Below are positions 13,191 through 27,030 of a stretch of DNA of 64,000 nt, piece after piece. The stretch covers positions 25,419,360 through 25,483,359 of the forward strand of contig NC_043019.1 in NCBI RefSeq assembly GCF_006345805.1. The letters are read 5' to 3'. How positions within the stretch are numbered: the stretch's first letter is position 1; every line of letters starts with the position of its first letter. The notes below the pieces were generated by a model, which was not told where the DNA came from, searched no databases, and saw only the letters and a program-made list of their open reading frames with translations. This stretch comes from Octopus sinensis (lineage: Eukaryota). The position numbers and the translations under genes were made by a program.

Positions 13191-13240
<50 letters not shown>
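10680..13240. repeat. Near-identical tandem duplication, period 1275 bp, bounded by (AT)n
   Basis: gggaatcgctg ends at both 10845 and 12120. Identical spurious ORFs at 10621..10932 and 11860..12207. Confidence 0.92.
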
Positions 13241-13524
13241 ATATATATACACACACAAACATATATATATATATATGTATATATATTGTTGTCAGTAGAG
13301 TGCTAGACTAAGAGCCTTGTGATAATCTCATTAAGCTTATTTTATCTTTCATCATTTCTGGCTTTTTGTAGCTTACTACCAAAATTTGGTATTATCATCA
13401 TCATCAGCATTATTATCGTGACGATCATCATTTCACCAATTCTATGTTGCGTTCTTTCACTGCACAACTGATTGTAAGTTTGTGTGTGAACCCTGGTACG
13501 TGTAGGCAATAACATTATCAAGGC

Positions 13525-14466
13525 AGCAAGCTGGCCGAATTGTTAAGAGTGTCAAACAAGCTTCTTTCAGCTCTTTACGTTCTAAGTTCAAATGCTGACA
13601 ATGTCAACATATCCTTTCATCCTTTCAAGCTCAATAAAGTACATACCAACTGGGAACTAGGGTTGGTGTCTTTGACTCCCTCCTCATTACCAAAATTGCT
13701 GGCGTTGTGCCAAAATTTGAAACCATTATTATTATAGTTAATATTAGGGTATTGGATTGGTAGAATCCCTAGAAGATTGATCAAAATAGTTTGGGGAATG
13801 TGGTTACGACCCTTTATGTTTTGAGTTCAAATTCCACCATGGTCAACTTTGTCTTTTAACCTTCTAGGGGTCAGTATTATTCAGAAACTATCAATCAAGT
13901 ACTGAGACTGATTAACGCAACTAACCCCTCCCCTCAAATTTGTGGCTTTGTGCGTATTTTAGAAAGTATTATTATTTTAATATTTCTCTCTATTATAGAC
14001 ATGAAGCCTGAAATTTGGAGGGGAGGGGGAGCTAATTGATTACATCATCCCCAGTATGCAACTGGTACTATTTTATCAACCCCTGAAAGGACGAACGGCA
14101 AAGTTGACCTTGGTGGAACTTGAACTCAGAACATAAACGCAGACAAAGTACTGCTAAGCATTTCTCCCGGGGTGGTAGTGATACTGCCAGCTCACCACTT
14201 TGTTTTGTTACTATTGAAAACTTGGTCTTTGGATGGGTTTGTCTCACAGTAATTGTATCAACATCTGTTAATTCGTTTTTATATTCTTTCAATTGCTTCA
14301 GTTATTTGACTGTGGCTATGCTGGTGCACTGCCTTTATTTGAACAAACTGACCCCAAGACTTATTCTTTGTAAGCCTATTACTTATTCTATCGGTCTCTT
14401 TTGCTGAACCACTAAGTTATGAGAATGTAAACACACCAGCCTCTATTGCCAAGCAATGTTGGGAGG

Positions 14467-14508
<42 letters not shown>

Positions 14509-14640
14509 GTGACCGGCTTCTTTCAGTTTCTGTCTACCAAATCCACTCAAGGCTTTGGTCAGCCTGAGGCTAAAGTAGAAGACACTTGCCCAAGGTGCCA
14601 TGCAGTGTGACTGAACCCGGAACCATGTGGTTGGTAGACC
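13525..14640. mobile_element. SINE cluster: two + copies, one - copy of the gagctggcagaa family and a - tRNA/CORE-type SINE
   Basis: Recurrent motifs ttctgagttcaaattcc...gactttgcctttcatcc and ccttgggcaagtgtcttctac. Confidence 0.8.
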
Positions 14641-15231
14641 ATATATGGTAAAAAGAATACTTTTTAATCTGTGGAAATGAAATCATTGGAAGAGGTATTG
14701 ATTACCTCGACCTACCCTGAATCTGTTGTTGACGATAATTATGACGATGATGGTGATAACGATAATGATAACGATGATGAGTCGAAACAACTATCAGAGC
14801 TGATTCAATAATGTTTTGTTTTTCTCTTTTTGTTTATTTTATTCATTTACTTTATTTTATATTATTTTATTATCAAGTTTTTGTTATAGTTGATGTTGTT
14901 GTTACCTCTTCATTTTGCATCCACCCCCATCCCTTCTACCTTCATGTTCATTTATTGGCACTGAAGCCTGTTTTTATTTTGTGTTGTTGTTGTACTTTGT
15001 TATTGTTGTTGATCATACAGTTTTTTGTTGTATTGCTTTTGGGATTTTTGTGCAATTATTTTTGTGTTTAACATTATATATATATATGTAATGTTATATA
15101 TATATATAATGTGATATCTTTGTAAACACCAATTTGAGATTGGCAATATATATGCTCACTGCAAGTTATAGATATGCGTATATATATATATATATACAAA
15201 CGTATATATATATATATATATATATACATGC

Positions 15232-15268
<37 letters not shown>

Positions 15269-15580
15269 AACAACTTAACTCTTATTTGCTTTTCGTTTTC
15301 AATTGCAAGCTGGTGTTTACAAAGGCATAATGTTTGAGATTATTTATATCAGTAAAACTTATCACTCATTCACACACACACACACACACACACATCAAAG
15401 TATACACTTTTGCAGATCCACTTCAGCCAATCTTTTACCGATCAGTTTCTCTGAAATGGATCTATAATACTGTATACTTTGATTTCTATACCCATTCTAT
15501 AGACAAATATATGAGTGCATATTTTTTCTGATGTATTGATTCTTAGATGACTATATAGAGATACATACATACACACACTC

Positions 15581-15624
<44 letters not shown>

Positions 15625-15949
15625 TACACATGTATGTATGTATTTGTATATGTATACTTATGGAGTTATTTTAGACTGCATGGGAGTAGTAATTATTTTA
15701 TTAATTAACTTAATGAAAGTCTTATGTTAATTTTTTACTACTGAAAAGAATGAACTCTTACTCTCTCCCCCTCCTCTTCACTCCATTTCTGGAAGAACAG
15801 AATTCGAAGGTTTCAAAAAATTCCAACTGGAACTGACCGGTTCGGAAAATGCAGTGGAGCATTTACACCTGATTCTGTGTTCGTGTGTTTCCCCACCGTT
15901 GCCTGTTTGTCAGTGTTCATCATGATGATTTTGTCTCTGCTATTTTTAG

Positions 15950-16027
15950 ATAATGACCTCAGCCTTGACACAGACACCATGTCGTCCGGATCAGAAATAT
16001 CTATTTCAGATGTAGGATTAAGTCCAG
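15950..16027 (+). CDS. Spn/PPP1R9: Neurabin linker exon (D-NDLSLDTDTMSSGSEISISDVGLSP)
   Basis: tatttttag acceptor, GTAAGA donor, 78 nt, phase 1-1, open in the frame carried from the previous exon. Confidence 0.82.
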
Positions 16028-16751
16028 GTAAGACACAATGTGCAGGACAAAAACCACACCAAACTTGCTTGCATTACGCTGGACTCGTTGTTAGAAAAAT
16101 ATGTCACACTAATAGAGCTCAAAGCATTTCTTTGATTTAAAGAGTCTGAAAAACAGCTGTTGGTTTCTTGTCTTATTTGTTTGTGTTTTTGTTTATATTA
16201 TTTTGATTTGTTTTATATATTTTTATATTTCACCGTATTTCACTTTTAGCTTTGTTAAGTTTCAATATAAAAAAAAATGAATTTATTCTCCTCCAGTTAA
16301 TATGGGTTGACTATGTATGCAAATTGTGATATTTACATATACATTTCTGGAGGTTTTTTTTTTTTTTTTTTTTTGTCTAGCACTACCAGTATTCCTTAAA
16401 TTCTATACAACTATCTTTACAAGGGAGGACATTTTTGGATCTTGTCGTCCAGCATTGTCTGGAATAGTTGTAACTGGAACAATTTTGATCATAGGGCTGA
16501 ACAGTAACACTAAGAAAAGACATTAAATGATGTAGTCCTTGATGGACTGCCTGGAAAGTAAAGACAGGATGCTCATGATTGGGTTGTCTTTGACAGTAGT
16601 TTTGCTTTTATCAGGAATGCTATAGGGTAAACAACAATTAAGTAATTATACGAATGTATTTTCATTAATTTCACGAGAACAAAACAAGATAATTACAGCA
16701 AAGCTGCATGATAGTTGTGCCAGATGAGACACACAGACCATCTTAGAACTT

Positions 16752-17385
16752 AAAAATAATATATTTCTAAACCTCTCAAAGAGATTTATGCAGTAGCAGC
16801 ACGATAAAGTGATGCTGTGTTGTCAACTTAATGTGACAGTCTCATGAAAGGGAAGAATATTACTGTTATTTAGCCTTAGGAAACACCATTTCCTGTTGGA
16901 CTTGATACATTTCCCGCATCTTTATATTTTCAAAGGGGAGACAAGCACCTTCACCCAGCAAAGCCACCTTCCAGAGACTAGTTTCAGCATCATTGCTCAT
17001 CATCATTCTGGAGTAGCATGGCTTGCTAGCTGTCAATGCCTATCCACCTTTGAAAACATATTTCAAGTGAAATACATTCACTGATTTTTGAAAATAGAAA
17101 TAATATATTTCTAAATCTCTCAGAGAGATTTATGCTGTAGCAGCAATGCTACTCCAGCTAGCAGGCCATGATACTCCTGCCTGATGAGGAGCAATGGTTC
17201 TGAAACTAGTCTATGGTTGCTGTCTTTGCTGGGTGGAGATGCTTATCTCCACTTTGCAAACATAAGGACACAGGAAATGAGTCAAGTCCAACAGGAAACG
17301 GTGTTTCCTAGGGCTAAATAACAGTAGCATTCTTCCCTTTTATGCGACTGTCACATTAAGTTGACAACATACTGTCACTTCACCT
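16752..17385. mobile_element. Older fold-back element with a degenerate hammerhead motif in each arm
   Basis: About 16804-17021 is the reverse complement of about 17150-17380. CTGATGA...GAAACTAGTC at 17181-17211. A 48-bp direct repeat lies at about 16752-16801 and 17098-17145. Confidence 0.7.
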
Positions 17386-18859
17386 TATAACTTGTTAGAC
17401 ATTTGCATTCCATCTTGATTCTTCTCTTCCATTTTATTTTGACATGCACATTGCATTTTAATTCTCTTCCTTTCTACAAATCAAGTCCATACATGTGCAT
17501 TGCATCTTCGTACGTCTCTTTCCAGTTCCTACTCAAAACTGTTTTTATATCACAACCATTTCATGAGCTGGCATTCGTGATGAGTGCTTTGCGCTGTGAT
17601 GGTTGTGAAAAACGTTTGTCTCCCTGGACAGCTCCTCTTCCATCAGATCTGATTGTTTATTTGTAAATTTTATATTTTATGGAGGAAATTTGTGATTCAC
17701 TTTAAACTAATCTGTTTTGTGCCTTTTTAAAGAAAAGTATGTCAATAAGCTATAGTTACTGAACATAATAAGTCAGATATATCTTTTCATCAATTAAGAT
17801 CAGTCATGAAGATCAATTAAGATCAGACGTAATAATGTCTGGAAAGACAATGTTGAAAACACCAGAATTTAAATTCATTAAAAATTCCTTGGAGATATAC
17901 AGTGGGAAATGAGAATAGTCTTTGGTAGTTATGGTTACAATTCTGAAGGAGAAGTAGCATCTAATATATTATATTATAAGATGTTAGAATTATTTTGAGA
18001 GATCTTCATTTATTATGGTCCTAGATTACTTGGTATCAAAACTTTTTATCTATGATAAACCTCAGGTTCTAAATTAAATACTTCCATAAACAATCTTATG
18101 TTAATTTATATTCTAAACAGTAGCTTGGTAATGACTGGTATTTTACTAAATTCTTCATAATTTTCAAAATTGAAACAAAGGCAATTGAATTTCAACATAA
18201 ATATAACAAAAATATTAAAATAGTGAATATAATCTTTAGTTTCTATTCCTAAAAAAAAACAAAGAAACATTACAACAAACCACCAACTGGATATCTTAAC
18301 TCTGCTTATTTTGGCCAACATCACACAGTGAGAAGCAAGCCCCTGTTAGGGTACACCTGGTTTCAGTTCTCTTTTACAGCTGTTTGAATTGGTTCATGAT
18401 GTTTATTAAGCCTCCTAGAAATTCATGAACATTGCAACATCTTGTTTCCATATTTCTCTCTCCCTATAAATTTTAACATCCTGTACATTTTTTTATTTTT
18501 TATTGTTTTGCCTCCACCCATTTTAAAAAAATCATCCTTCTTCTTACTTAGAAAATACAAAACAGTGTCAGATCCATAGCCCTTTTTTTTACCTTCCCTA
18601 AATCATACTCTCATATTCCCAGTTTTGTTTCCCTTAAATACAAACATACCTCAACTTACGTTTGTAATTTGTTCCAAGACATGCAACTTAACTTGAAAAA
18701 ATGATATAATATAAAAAAAAAACATTAAAAAAAATATCTGTTAGCTTATATTCGTTTCAGGAAAGCGTTAGTAAATATATTTACGTATTTTATTTGTTTT
18801 TTTTTTTCATTTCTGTGTTAGTTTTTAGGTGTTTTTTTTTAAAATTGTTATGCTTTTAA

Positions 18860-19072
18860 CCCTTCAGCATTCAGATTCTTCTCTCAAAAGCAAAACTTAT
18901 TCCCTTTGTTTTCTGTTGATCATTCATTATCTTGTAACCTCAAGATTGCAATCACGTGATTGTTTATTTTTAGAATGACATTGTAGGGTAGGTGTGATAG
19001 GCCAGATCCAATCAGTTTGAACATAAAACAGAATATTTGGGCTGGATTTGACCCCGTTTTATTGCTAAAGGG
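18860..19072. mobile_element. piggyBac-type MITE
   Basis: TTAA-CCCTTCAGCA...TGCTAAAGGG-TTAA. Relatives at 24890-25105, about 4250-4437 and 8170-8670. Confidence 0.8.
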
Positions 19073-19393
19073 TTAAACGTTCAGGGAGTTGAATAAACTG
19101 ACTAAATAGTTGCGTTGAGGTATTTCCATTAATTTCTTTAAAAAAAAAAAAATTACAAAGTCAAAACAAAGACATCTCTCGAAACAACATAAGTTGAGGT
19201 ATTTTTGTATAATGTTCGTTTATTTTTACCGTTTGTTTTGTTTGCTTTTGTTCAAACAGCTCTCCTCTACAACACCAACACTTCCAGAAATGTATTTTGC
19301 TTTCCTTTTGCCATCTGTTGATTCAGACTCTTTAATAATCACAGAAATGTGCTACCTTCTGCCAACAGGCTTCTTCTTAACAAAATGTCTCCT

Positions 19394-19430
<37 letters not shown>

Positions 19431-19619
19431 CATTTTTCTGGGGTTTTTATTTGTTTTTTTTTTAACATTTTGATTTTGCCAATGAAACGGTAAACTGCAA
19501 CATATGGAACGGAATTAAACGGACCAATATTTAGATAGTTTTAGATTTTAGATATTCATGTCTGAGCTGGTTGCTTCTCATCCACATATATCAGCAAAAG
19601 GAAAAAATAATAAAAGATA

Positions 19620-19626
19620 TAACACA

Positions 19627-19658
<32 letters not shown>

Positions 19659-20109
19659 TTTATTATTACTATTATTATTATTTTGCACTTTGCTACAGCC
19701 AATTAACAAATAAATAAGGACTTAGAAATGTAACATAGTTCTGTTGGGAGTGTGTCACTAGTGAAACTAAAGCACCTAACTTAATAATAATAAGGAAATT
19801 ATAATAATAGTAATATTAATAATAATAATAATAATAATAACAATAATGGTAGTAGTGATTATAGTCGTAGTGACAATGATAATAGTAGTAGTAGTACTAG
19901 TAATAATATGAAGATAATAATGATATAATAAATTGCTGCTGCTTCTACTACTGCTAATATTAATTATTATAATCATAATGATAATCTAATAATAGTGATA
20001 TAATTATTTTTTGTTAGTAATATTAACAATAAATCTCAAATTCAACAAACGAAACGAAAACATTTTAATTATAATAAACTTTCTAAAGACAGTTGATTAT
20101 GAATAGTAA

Positions 20110-20147
<38 letters not shown>

Positions 20148-20170
20148 ATGTCATCATTATCATCATCATC
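19620..20170. repeat. (TTA)n/(ATA)n/(GTA)n and (TG)n simple repeats
   Basis: Visible directly in the sequence. Confidence 0.9.
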
Positions 20171-20624
20171 ATCATTTAATGTCCTTTGTCCATGCTGGCA
20201 TGGGTTGGACAGTTTGGCCAGGGCTGGCAAACTGGAAGGCTGCACCAGACTCCAGTCTGATTTGGCATGGTTTCTATGGTTTGATGCCCTTCCTAGTGCT
20301 CCAAGAGTGTAACAGGTGCTTTTATGTGCCATTGGCACATGTGCCATTTGCGTGACAGCAATATCTGCCATGATCGTGATTTTACTTGGCTTCTTCTCAA
20401 GCATGGCATAATGCCAAGGGTCTCATTCATTTGTCATTGCCTCTGTGAACCCCAACACTCAAACGGAGCTTTTCATGCGCCACCAGCATCAGCCATCTTA
20501 CCTTCATGAAGTCCAATGCTTGAAAGGTGCTTTTCATGTGCCACTGGCACAGGTGCTGGTTACATGACACCAGCATCAGCTACAACTACAATTTCACTTG
20601 GCTTGATGGTTCTTCGTAAACACA

Positions 20625-21060
20625 GCATATCACCAAAAGTCTTGGTCACTAGCCATTACCTCTAAGAGGCCCAAAGTTCAAAGATCATGCTTCACCACCT
20701 CGTCTCATGTCTTCCTGGGTCTACCTCTACCACTGGTTCCCTCCACAGAGATCGGCACTTTACACAACTGTCCTTGTCCATATGCATCACACAACCATAC
20801 CAGCGCAGTTGGTCTCTCTTGCACACTACATCTGATGCTTCTTATGCCCAACTTTTACCTCAAGATGCTTACACTTTGTCATATATGCACACTGACATTG
20901 CACATGTAGCAAAACATACTGACTTCATGTCGTTCAAGCCTAGGTGTGTCCTTGGCTGTCACAGCCCATGTTTAACAGCTGTGTAAGCATAGCTGTCTCA
21001 TACAGCCATCATACAGTTTTTCTTTCACTCTGAGGAAGAGTTCCTATGTTGCCAGCAGAG
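20625..21060 (-). mobile_element. RTE-clade LINE 3' relic
   Basis: Degraded minus-strand translation ...LRVKEKLYDGC...TWAVT...RLER...KLGIRSIRC.VQER...VEGTSGRGRPRKT, an RTE C-terminal signature with stops. Confidence 0.75.
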
Positions 21061-21086
21061 ATAGGAGCCGAGCATATATACATATA

Positions 21087-21977
21087 CAGGGTGTTGTGAA
21101 TAAACTGTTGTCTAGATTATGCAAAATTGAAAATAACACTGGCATCTCATCTTGGATATATTTACCAAAATTACATAAAAATATCTTGAAATACTAAAGA
21201 GTAAATTTATTCAATAAAATTGTCATTGACTTCAAGCACGGTCTTCAGATGACTTTAGAATCTCCTGCAACTCTTCTGGACGGTATCTTTAAGTTGGTGA
21301 ATGCTGCCATAATCCTTGCTTTTAGTTCATCTTTGCTGTTACAAGGAGTTTTGTTGGTCTCTCGCTCAACTGCACCCCACACATAATAATCAAATAATTA
21401 AGGGGGTTTGCAGTTTGGGGAGTTAGGTGGCCAGATATTAGGGGTGATGTGGTCGCAGAAATTTTCTGACAGCCATGACTGAGTTCTCCTGCTTGTGTGG
21501 CATGGTGCAGAGTCCTGTTGCCAGACATTAGGTCTTCCAGTAACCACCCTCTTGACCTAAGGCAGCACTACCACCCCCAGGCTCTTGATGTAGGCTTGTG
21601 TTGAATCTGAGGCCATATGGAATAATGAATGCAGGCATATCATCACCATCACTAGGGATCACTCTAAACACCATGATGTTGACCTGATGTTTGATTTTCA
21701 TCACTCTTGGTACGTGTCCTCAGGTTGCACTGTCCTCAGATTGACACCCAAACGCTCTGAAATGTTTGTATTGGAGCTTCCAGTGTGACTGCCAGGCAGC
21801 AGTACAGCATGTCGTTTCCAAATTTCTGGCAGAGTGAATTGCATCAGGGTGCTGTTTTTCTCACAGAAGGTGCCCAACTGACCCTACAATACTGTGTAGT
21901 CAACAAAATCAAAAGCAAATGATGCTCATGTGTGAAATTTAAAATATAAAATGGTAACGATTACCCATTACACCCTG
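21087..21977 (-). mobile_element. Internally deleted DD37D (maT/Bmmar1-like) Tc1/mariner transposon
   Basis: TA-CAGGGTG...CACCCTG-TA degenerate TIRs. Minus strand WQQDSAPCHTSRRTQSWLSENFCDHITPNIWPPNSP..(frameshift)..DYYVWGAVERETN. About 37 residues between the second and third Asp after repairing the frameshift. Confidence 0.8.
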
Positions 21978-22499
21978 TATGTGTGTGTATATGTATGATG
22001 AATCTATTGGACTGCCAAGTTACAGAACATACAATAACAAAACATAGTAAAAACAGTAGTTTTTACTCACACAGACACATTATGCACAACAGTGCATAAA
22101 TCCTGAAGGGTTGAAATAAATTTAATTAAAAAGTCTGTGAGAGAAATATGAAAATGTAAACATATTCCTTTGATACTTATGACATGTGAAAAAAAAACGA
22201 GTGGCAAGGAGAGAGTCTCTTGAGAGACCATTTCATGGCTTGTTGACTGCTCCTCAGAGTAAATGGTTCAGTGTGTGTGGAGTGTGCAGTGAGTCAACAC
22301 ACACGCACATAATAACACACATGCATACATACAGAAGAGACAAACACACACACACAACATGGATGTGTTTTAGTTGTAGTCTCTTCATATTTTAGTGGTT
22401 TTGTTGTTGTTATAAGTTCTGTATTTGTAACACATTACCACAATCTGTAGATAAGCTGTTCCTGCTATAGTTGTTGTGGTTATTATTATTATTACCATT

Positions 22500-23600
22500 A
22501 TTATTATTATTATTATTATTCGGGTGGTGAGCTGGCAGAATTGTTAGCACACTGAATGAAATGCTTAGCAGTATTTTGTCCATTTTTATATTCTGTGTTT
22601 GAGTTTGCCTTTCACCCTTTCAGAGTTGAAAAATGAAGTACCAGTGTAACACTGGTACTTCAATGTAATCGATAAGTCTCTGTCCTCCAAAATGTCAGGC
22701 CTTGTGCCTTTAGCAGAAAGGATTATTGTTGTTATTAATGTTAAGGTAGTGAGAAGGCAGAGTTGTTAGCATGCCAGGGAAAAAGCTTAGCACCATTTCT
22801 TCTGGCGTGACATTCTGCATTCAAATCCAAAGGTCACTGAGGTCATCTTTGCCTTTCATGCTTTGGGGGGGGGGTCAATAAAATAAATACCAGTTGACTA
22901 CTGGGGCTGATGTAATCAAGTAGCCCCTTGCCACAATATTTCGAGTCTTGTGCCTAGAGTAGAAAGGATTATTATTACAATTATTGAGGTGGTAAACTGG
23001 CAGAAACATCAGCATTTTGTCCATCTCCGTTCTGAGTTCAAATTCCACCGAAGTCAACTTTGTCTTTCATTCTTTTGGGGGGTCAATAAATTAAGTACCA
23101 GTGAAACACTGAGGTCGATGTAATCAACTAGTCCACTACCCCCAACAAAATTTCAGGCCTTGTGCCTTTAGAAAGGATTATTATTATTATTGAGGAGGTA
23201 ATCTGGCAGAAACATGAGTTTCAAATTCCGCCAAGGTCAACTTTGCCATTTATCTGTTCAGGGTTGAAAGGATGGAAGCCACTGGGAGCTGATGTGATTG
23301 ACAAGCTCTCTCCCCTAAAAAAATTTCAAACCTTGTGCCTATAATAGAAAGGATCATCATCATCATTATTATTATTATTATTATTATGGTGGTGAGCTGG
23401 CAGAATCATTAGCACGCTGGACAAAATGCTTAGCAGTGTTTCGCTTGTTGCCGCATTCCCGAGTTCAAATTCTGCTGTGGTTGACTTTGCCTTTCATCCT
23501 TTCGGGGTCGATGAAATAAGTACCAGTTACACACTGGGGTCAATGTAATCAGCTAGTCCCCTCCCCCTGAATTTCAGGCCTTGTGCCTATAGCAGAGAGG

Positions 23601-23620
<20 letters not shown>
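22500..23620 (+). mobile_element. Head-to-tail array of about 5 SINE copies (ggtgagctggcagaa family, (ATT)n tails)
   Basis: Repeated units, each ending ...ggccttgtgcct..agaaaggattattatt. Confidence 0.85.
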
Positions 23621-23636
<16 letters not shown>

Positions 23637-24221
23637 GTTATGATTAGTGACGTTAGTGACTGTTGTACATTGTCATAATGAATTAATTTTGTGTAGCTTT
23701 TTTTTTGTTCACCCTGTCTTCAGCGTTCCACCATTGTCGTTAACCACTTTAATTATTACAGCTGCATGTGATCACCTCGAACCTTCCTTGCCTTCAATGT
23801 GTACCTTCTGTTTTTGTTTTCTAATATGTGATTAAGTAAAATGCTCCAGCATGGCGTGTGTATTACTGGTATCACTCATTCAACCACCTGCTGTCACCAC
23901 CACCACTACCACCACCACCGCCACTGTCATCACCAACCTGTGTGTTGATGTATGTTTGTATGTATGTATGTGTGTGTTTATCTTTTCAGGTGAAAATATT
24001 TCATGTTGTTAATTATTAATTGTTTTAATTGAAAATTCTTCTCTAGAGAAAAAAAAAAATGAAAAACAATTTTTTTTTTCTTTTTTGTGAAAAATTAAAT
24101 TTTCAGTATTGTTGGCCAGAACTGGTTGTGTTGGATCTAATTTCGTTTTGAGCTCATAATCCACCATGGGTCCATTTTACTTTCATTGCTTTGAATGATT
24201 GATTAAATAAGTATGAATCAT

Positions 24222-24540
24222 GAAGGCATACGACTTAGTGGTTGGGGTATTCAGCTCTTGAATGTAAGGTCGTGAGTTTGATTCCTGGCAGCACATAGTG
24301 TTCTTGAGCAAGACACTTTATTTCATGTTGCTCCATTCTGCTCAGCTGATAGAAATGAGTAGTAGTACCTGTAATTCAGAAGGGGCCAGCCTTGTCACAT
24401 TCTATGTCATGCTGACTCCCTTGAGATCTATGTTGAGGGTACATGTGTCTGTAAAATACTCAGCCAGTTGCTTATTAATTTCCCAAGCAGGCTGTTCTGT
24501 TGATCAGACCAACTGAAACCCTCTTTGATGTAACTAATGG
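24222..24540 (+). mobile_element. tRNA-derived SINE (ttgagcaagacac central domain)
   Basis: A-box/B-box-like head (ttagtggtt...gagtttgattcc). Relatives at about 3686-3900, 8345-8622 and 40970-41160. Confidence 0.7.
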
Positions 24541-26745
24541 GCCACCTGTTACAATATGAACCCTTTTCTGCAGTTAACATAATTGTCTCTTCTTTTCCCT
24601 AAACTTCCTCAAATATCTCATCTTGAGATTATTTTAAAAAAACGTTGTTGTTGTTATTAAGATAGCAAGCTAGCAGAATCATTTGAGTGTTGGAAGAAAA
24701 GCTTATCAACTTTTCTTTTGGCTTTACATTCTAAGTTCAAATTCTGCTGAGGTGAACTTTTCCTTTCATTCTTTTGGACTTGATAAAACAAGAACCAGTT
24801 GAGCATTGGAATCAATGTGATTGGTTCTCTGGTGCCCTCCAACTTTCAGGCTTTGTGCCTATAATACAAAGAATTATTATTATTGTTAACCTTTTAGCAT
24901 TTAGATTTCTTTGTCAAACGTGACATTTATTCACATTGTTTTGAATTAATCACGCATCATTTTGTAGCTTCAAGATTTCAATGGTGTGTTTTTATATTTT
25001 TAAAATGACATTTTATGGTAGGTGTGAGAGGTTAAATCTGGTCAGTTTTAATATAAAACAGGTTGAATATTTAGGCTGGATATGGCTGGATTAAATGCTA
25101 AAGGGTTTAGGCAGGGAGCTGACAGAATCATCTACAGCATTTCCTCTGACTTTCTATATTCTGAGCTAAAAAATTCCTGCCTTTCATGGGCCCCCTAAAA
25201 TAAAAAACCAGTTGAGCAAGATTGGTGCAGGCAGCTTCTGCTTTCCCATCAAAACTGCTGGTCTTGTGTCAGTTTGCAACAGAGTGAATTCTACTAAAAG
25301 AATGTGTGTGTCTGTATTTGTCCCCCGACATCTCTTGACAACTGATGCTGATGTGTTTACGTTCCTGTAACCTTAACGGTTTGGCAAAAGAGACTAATAG
25401 AATAAGTACTGGGCTTACAAAGAATAAGTTCTGGGGTTTATTTGCTCAACTAAAAGCGATGCCCTAGCATGGCCGCAATCAAATGACTGAAACAAGTAAA
25501 AGAGTATATATATATGTATATGTGAAAGTAAGGTTGGTCATGGTTGGAAAGCCTTTGAATGTATATCTACTTGATCATAATTGATCCTATAGTCAAACAG
25601 CATCATCTTGGAGTAATAAAAGGTAACAACCACCACCACTGGTAGAATCTCAACTCAAGTAACATGATTTCTACTTTCATTTACTTCAGTATCACGGACA
25701 TTAAACCCAAGGTCAGTTTTTGTAAGCAAGGCAGCATAATCTATTGAATGAGACCCAGTTTTTTCTGTGGCAATTCCTTATTTTATCAACTCCAAAGGAT
25801 TGACCATTTACAGGTCAACTTTTACTGCAATTTGAAATCGTAACCGATCTAAATTCTTCATCCAATCTGTTGCACCACCATTTCTGCCAACACCCTGATA
25901 CCTACTTATCCTACCTCTCATTTTGCTCATCTTAATCCAATTACAGTTATTTTCTCTGTTATTCTTCAATTATTATATATTAATGTATTTTTTCAGTTAA
26001 GGTTTGTTTCTTCCAGTTGTTAATTTGTTGTTTTTGTAAACATTTTCAATTCCCTTTTTTTAATTTTACCATAACCTTTTTGTTCAAACTCCCATCCTTG
26101 AAGTTCCCTGTATCCTGAAGTGCCATCTTTGTTCCCAGTTATTCTGTATTTCTGATTCTGTATTTTGTCCTTTTAGAATTTTACTCTGAATCTACATGTA
26201 TGTTTGTGTGTGTATATTTATACATATCCGACTTGTATTGTGCCGACGAAATGCTTAGTGGTATTTCGTCTGTCGCTACGTTCTGAGTTCAAATTCCGCT
26301 GAGGTCGACTTTGCCTTTCATCCTTTCGGGGTCCATAAATTAATTACCAGTTTCGCACTGGGGTCGATGTAATCAACTTAATCCGTTTGTCTATCCTTGT
26401 TAATCCACTCTATGTTTAGCCCCTTGTGGGTAGTAAAGAAATATATGCACATGGAGATATGTACACCAATATAACAAATGTATATAAATGCACATTAGAA
26501 ATTGTAACACACACACACCAACATACTTGTACATTTTCAGCTCTCTACATTTTTGTTTCAGGTCATGTGTTTTGCCAGTAAAACACAAAGAATTTAACTG
26601 GTTGTTTTCAAGAATTCAACTGGTTGTTTTCAAGTCTTATGTGCAATGTCATGCAGTTGTGAGGCAATTATGTCTTTCATCTGCTAATTAGCGAAGAGGA
26701 ATTAGTATTTTTTGAGTTGTAACAATATCTGTTGTTTTGCCATAG

Positions 26746-26924
26746 AAGCTGAATTATTGGACTCCCAAGTGGTGATAGAAAAGAGTGGCGCCAAGCCTCA
26801 AGACCTGGATGCTGTCCCAGAAACAGAGCTCTTGGATATTTCTGCCAACAGAACTAAGGCAACGCTAGCAAACGTTGGCAGTCTTGCTACTAGGCGACCA
26901 CCCACAAAGAAAGGAAAAAGTGAA
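26746..26924 (+). CDS. Spn/PPP1R9: Neurabin exon (E-AELLDSQVVIEKSGAKPQDLDAVPETELLDISANRTKATLANVGSLATRRPPTKKGKSE)
   Basis: ttttgccatag acceptor, GTAAGA donor, phase 1 to 0. VPETELLD..K..LA..G.LA.R motif resembles the post-coiled-coil segment of invertebrate Spn (recalled). Confidence 0.88.
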
Positions 26925-27030
26925 GTAAGATAACTGTTGTTTTATTTATTTACTTACTGACAGTGTTTGCTAGAAATAGCAGCCGTGGATAATATTAAGT
27001 AGGATAAGTTTGTGGGGTTTTATGAAAACA

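Noticed and set aside
14770-14800. gatgatgagtcGAAACAACTATC hammerhead-like string
   Set aside because: The core comes from a (GAT)n repeat, with no helix I or II.
23990-24012. Strong acceptor giving GENISCC-stop
   Set aside because: Only an acceptor next to a microsatellite, with no other support.
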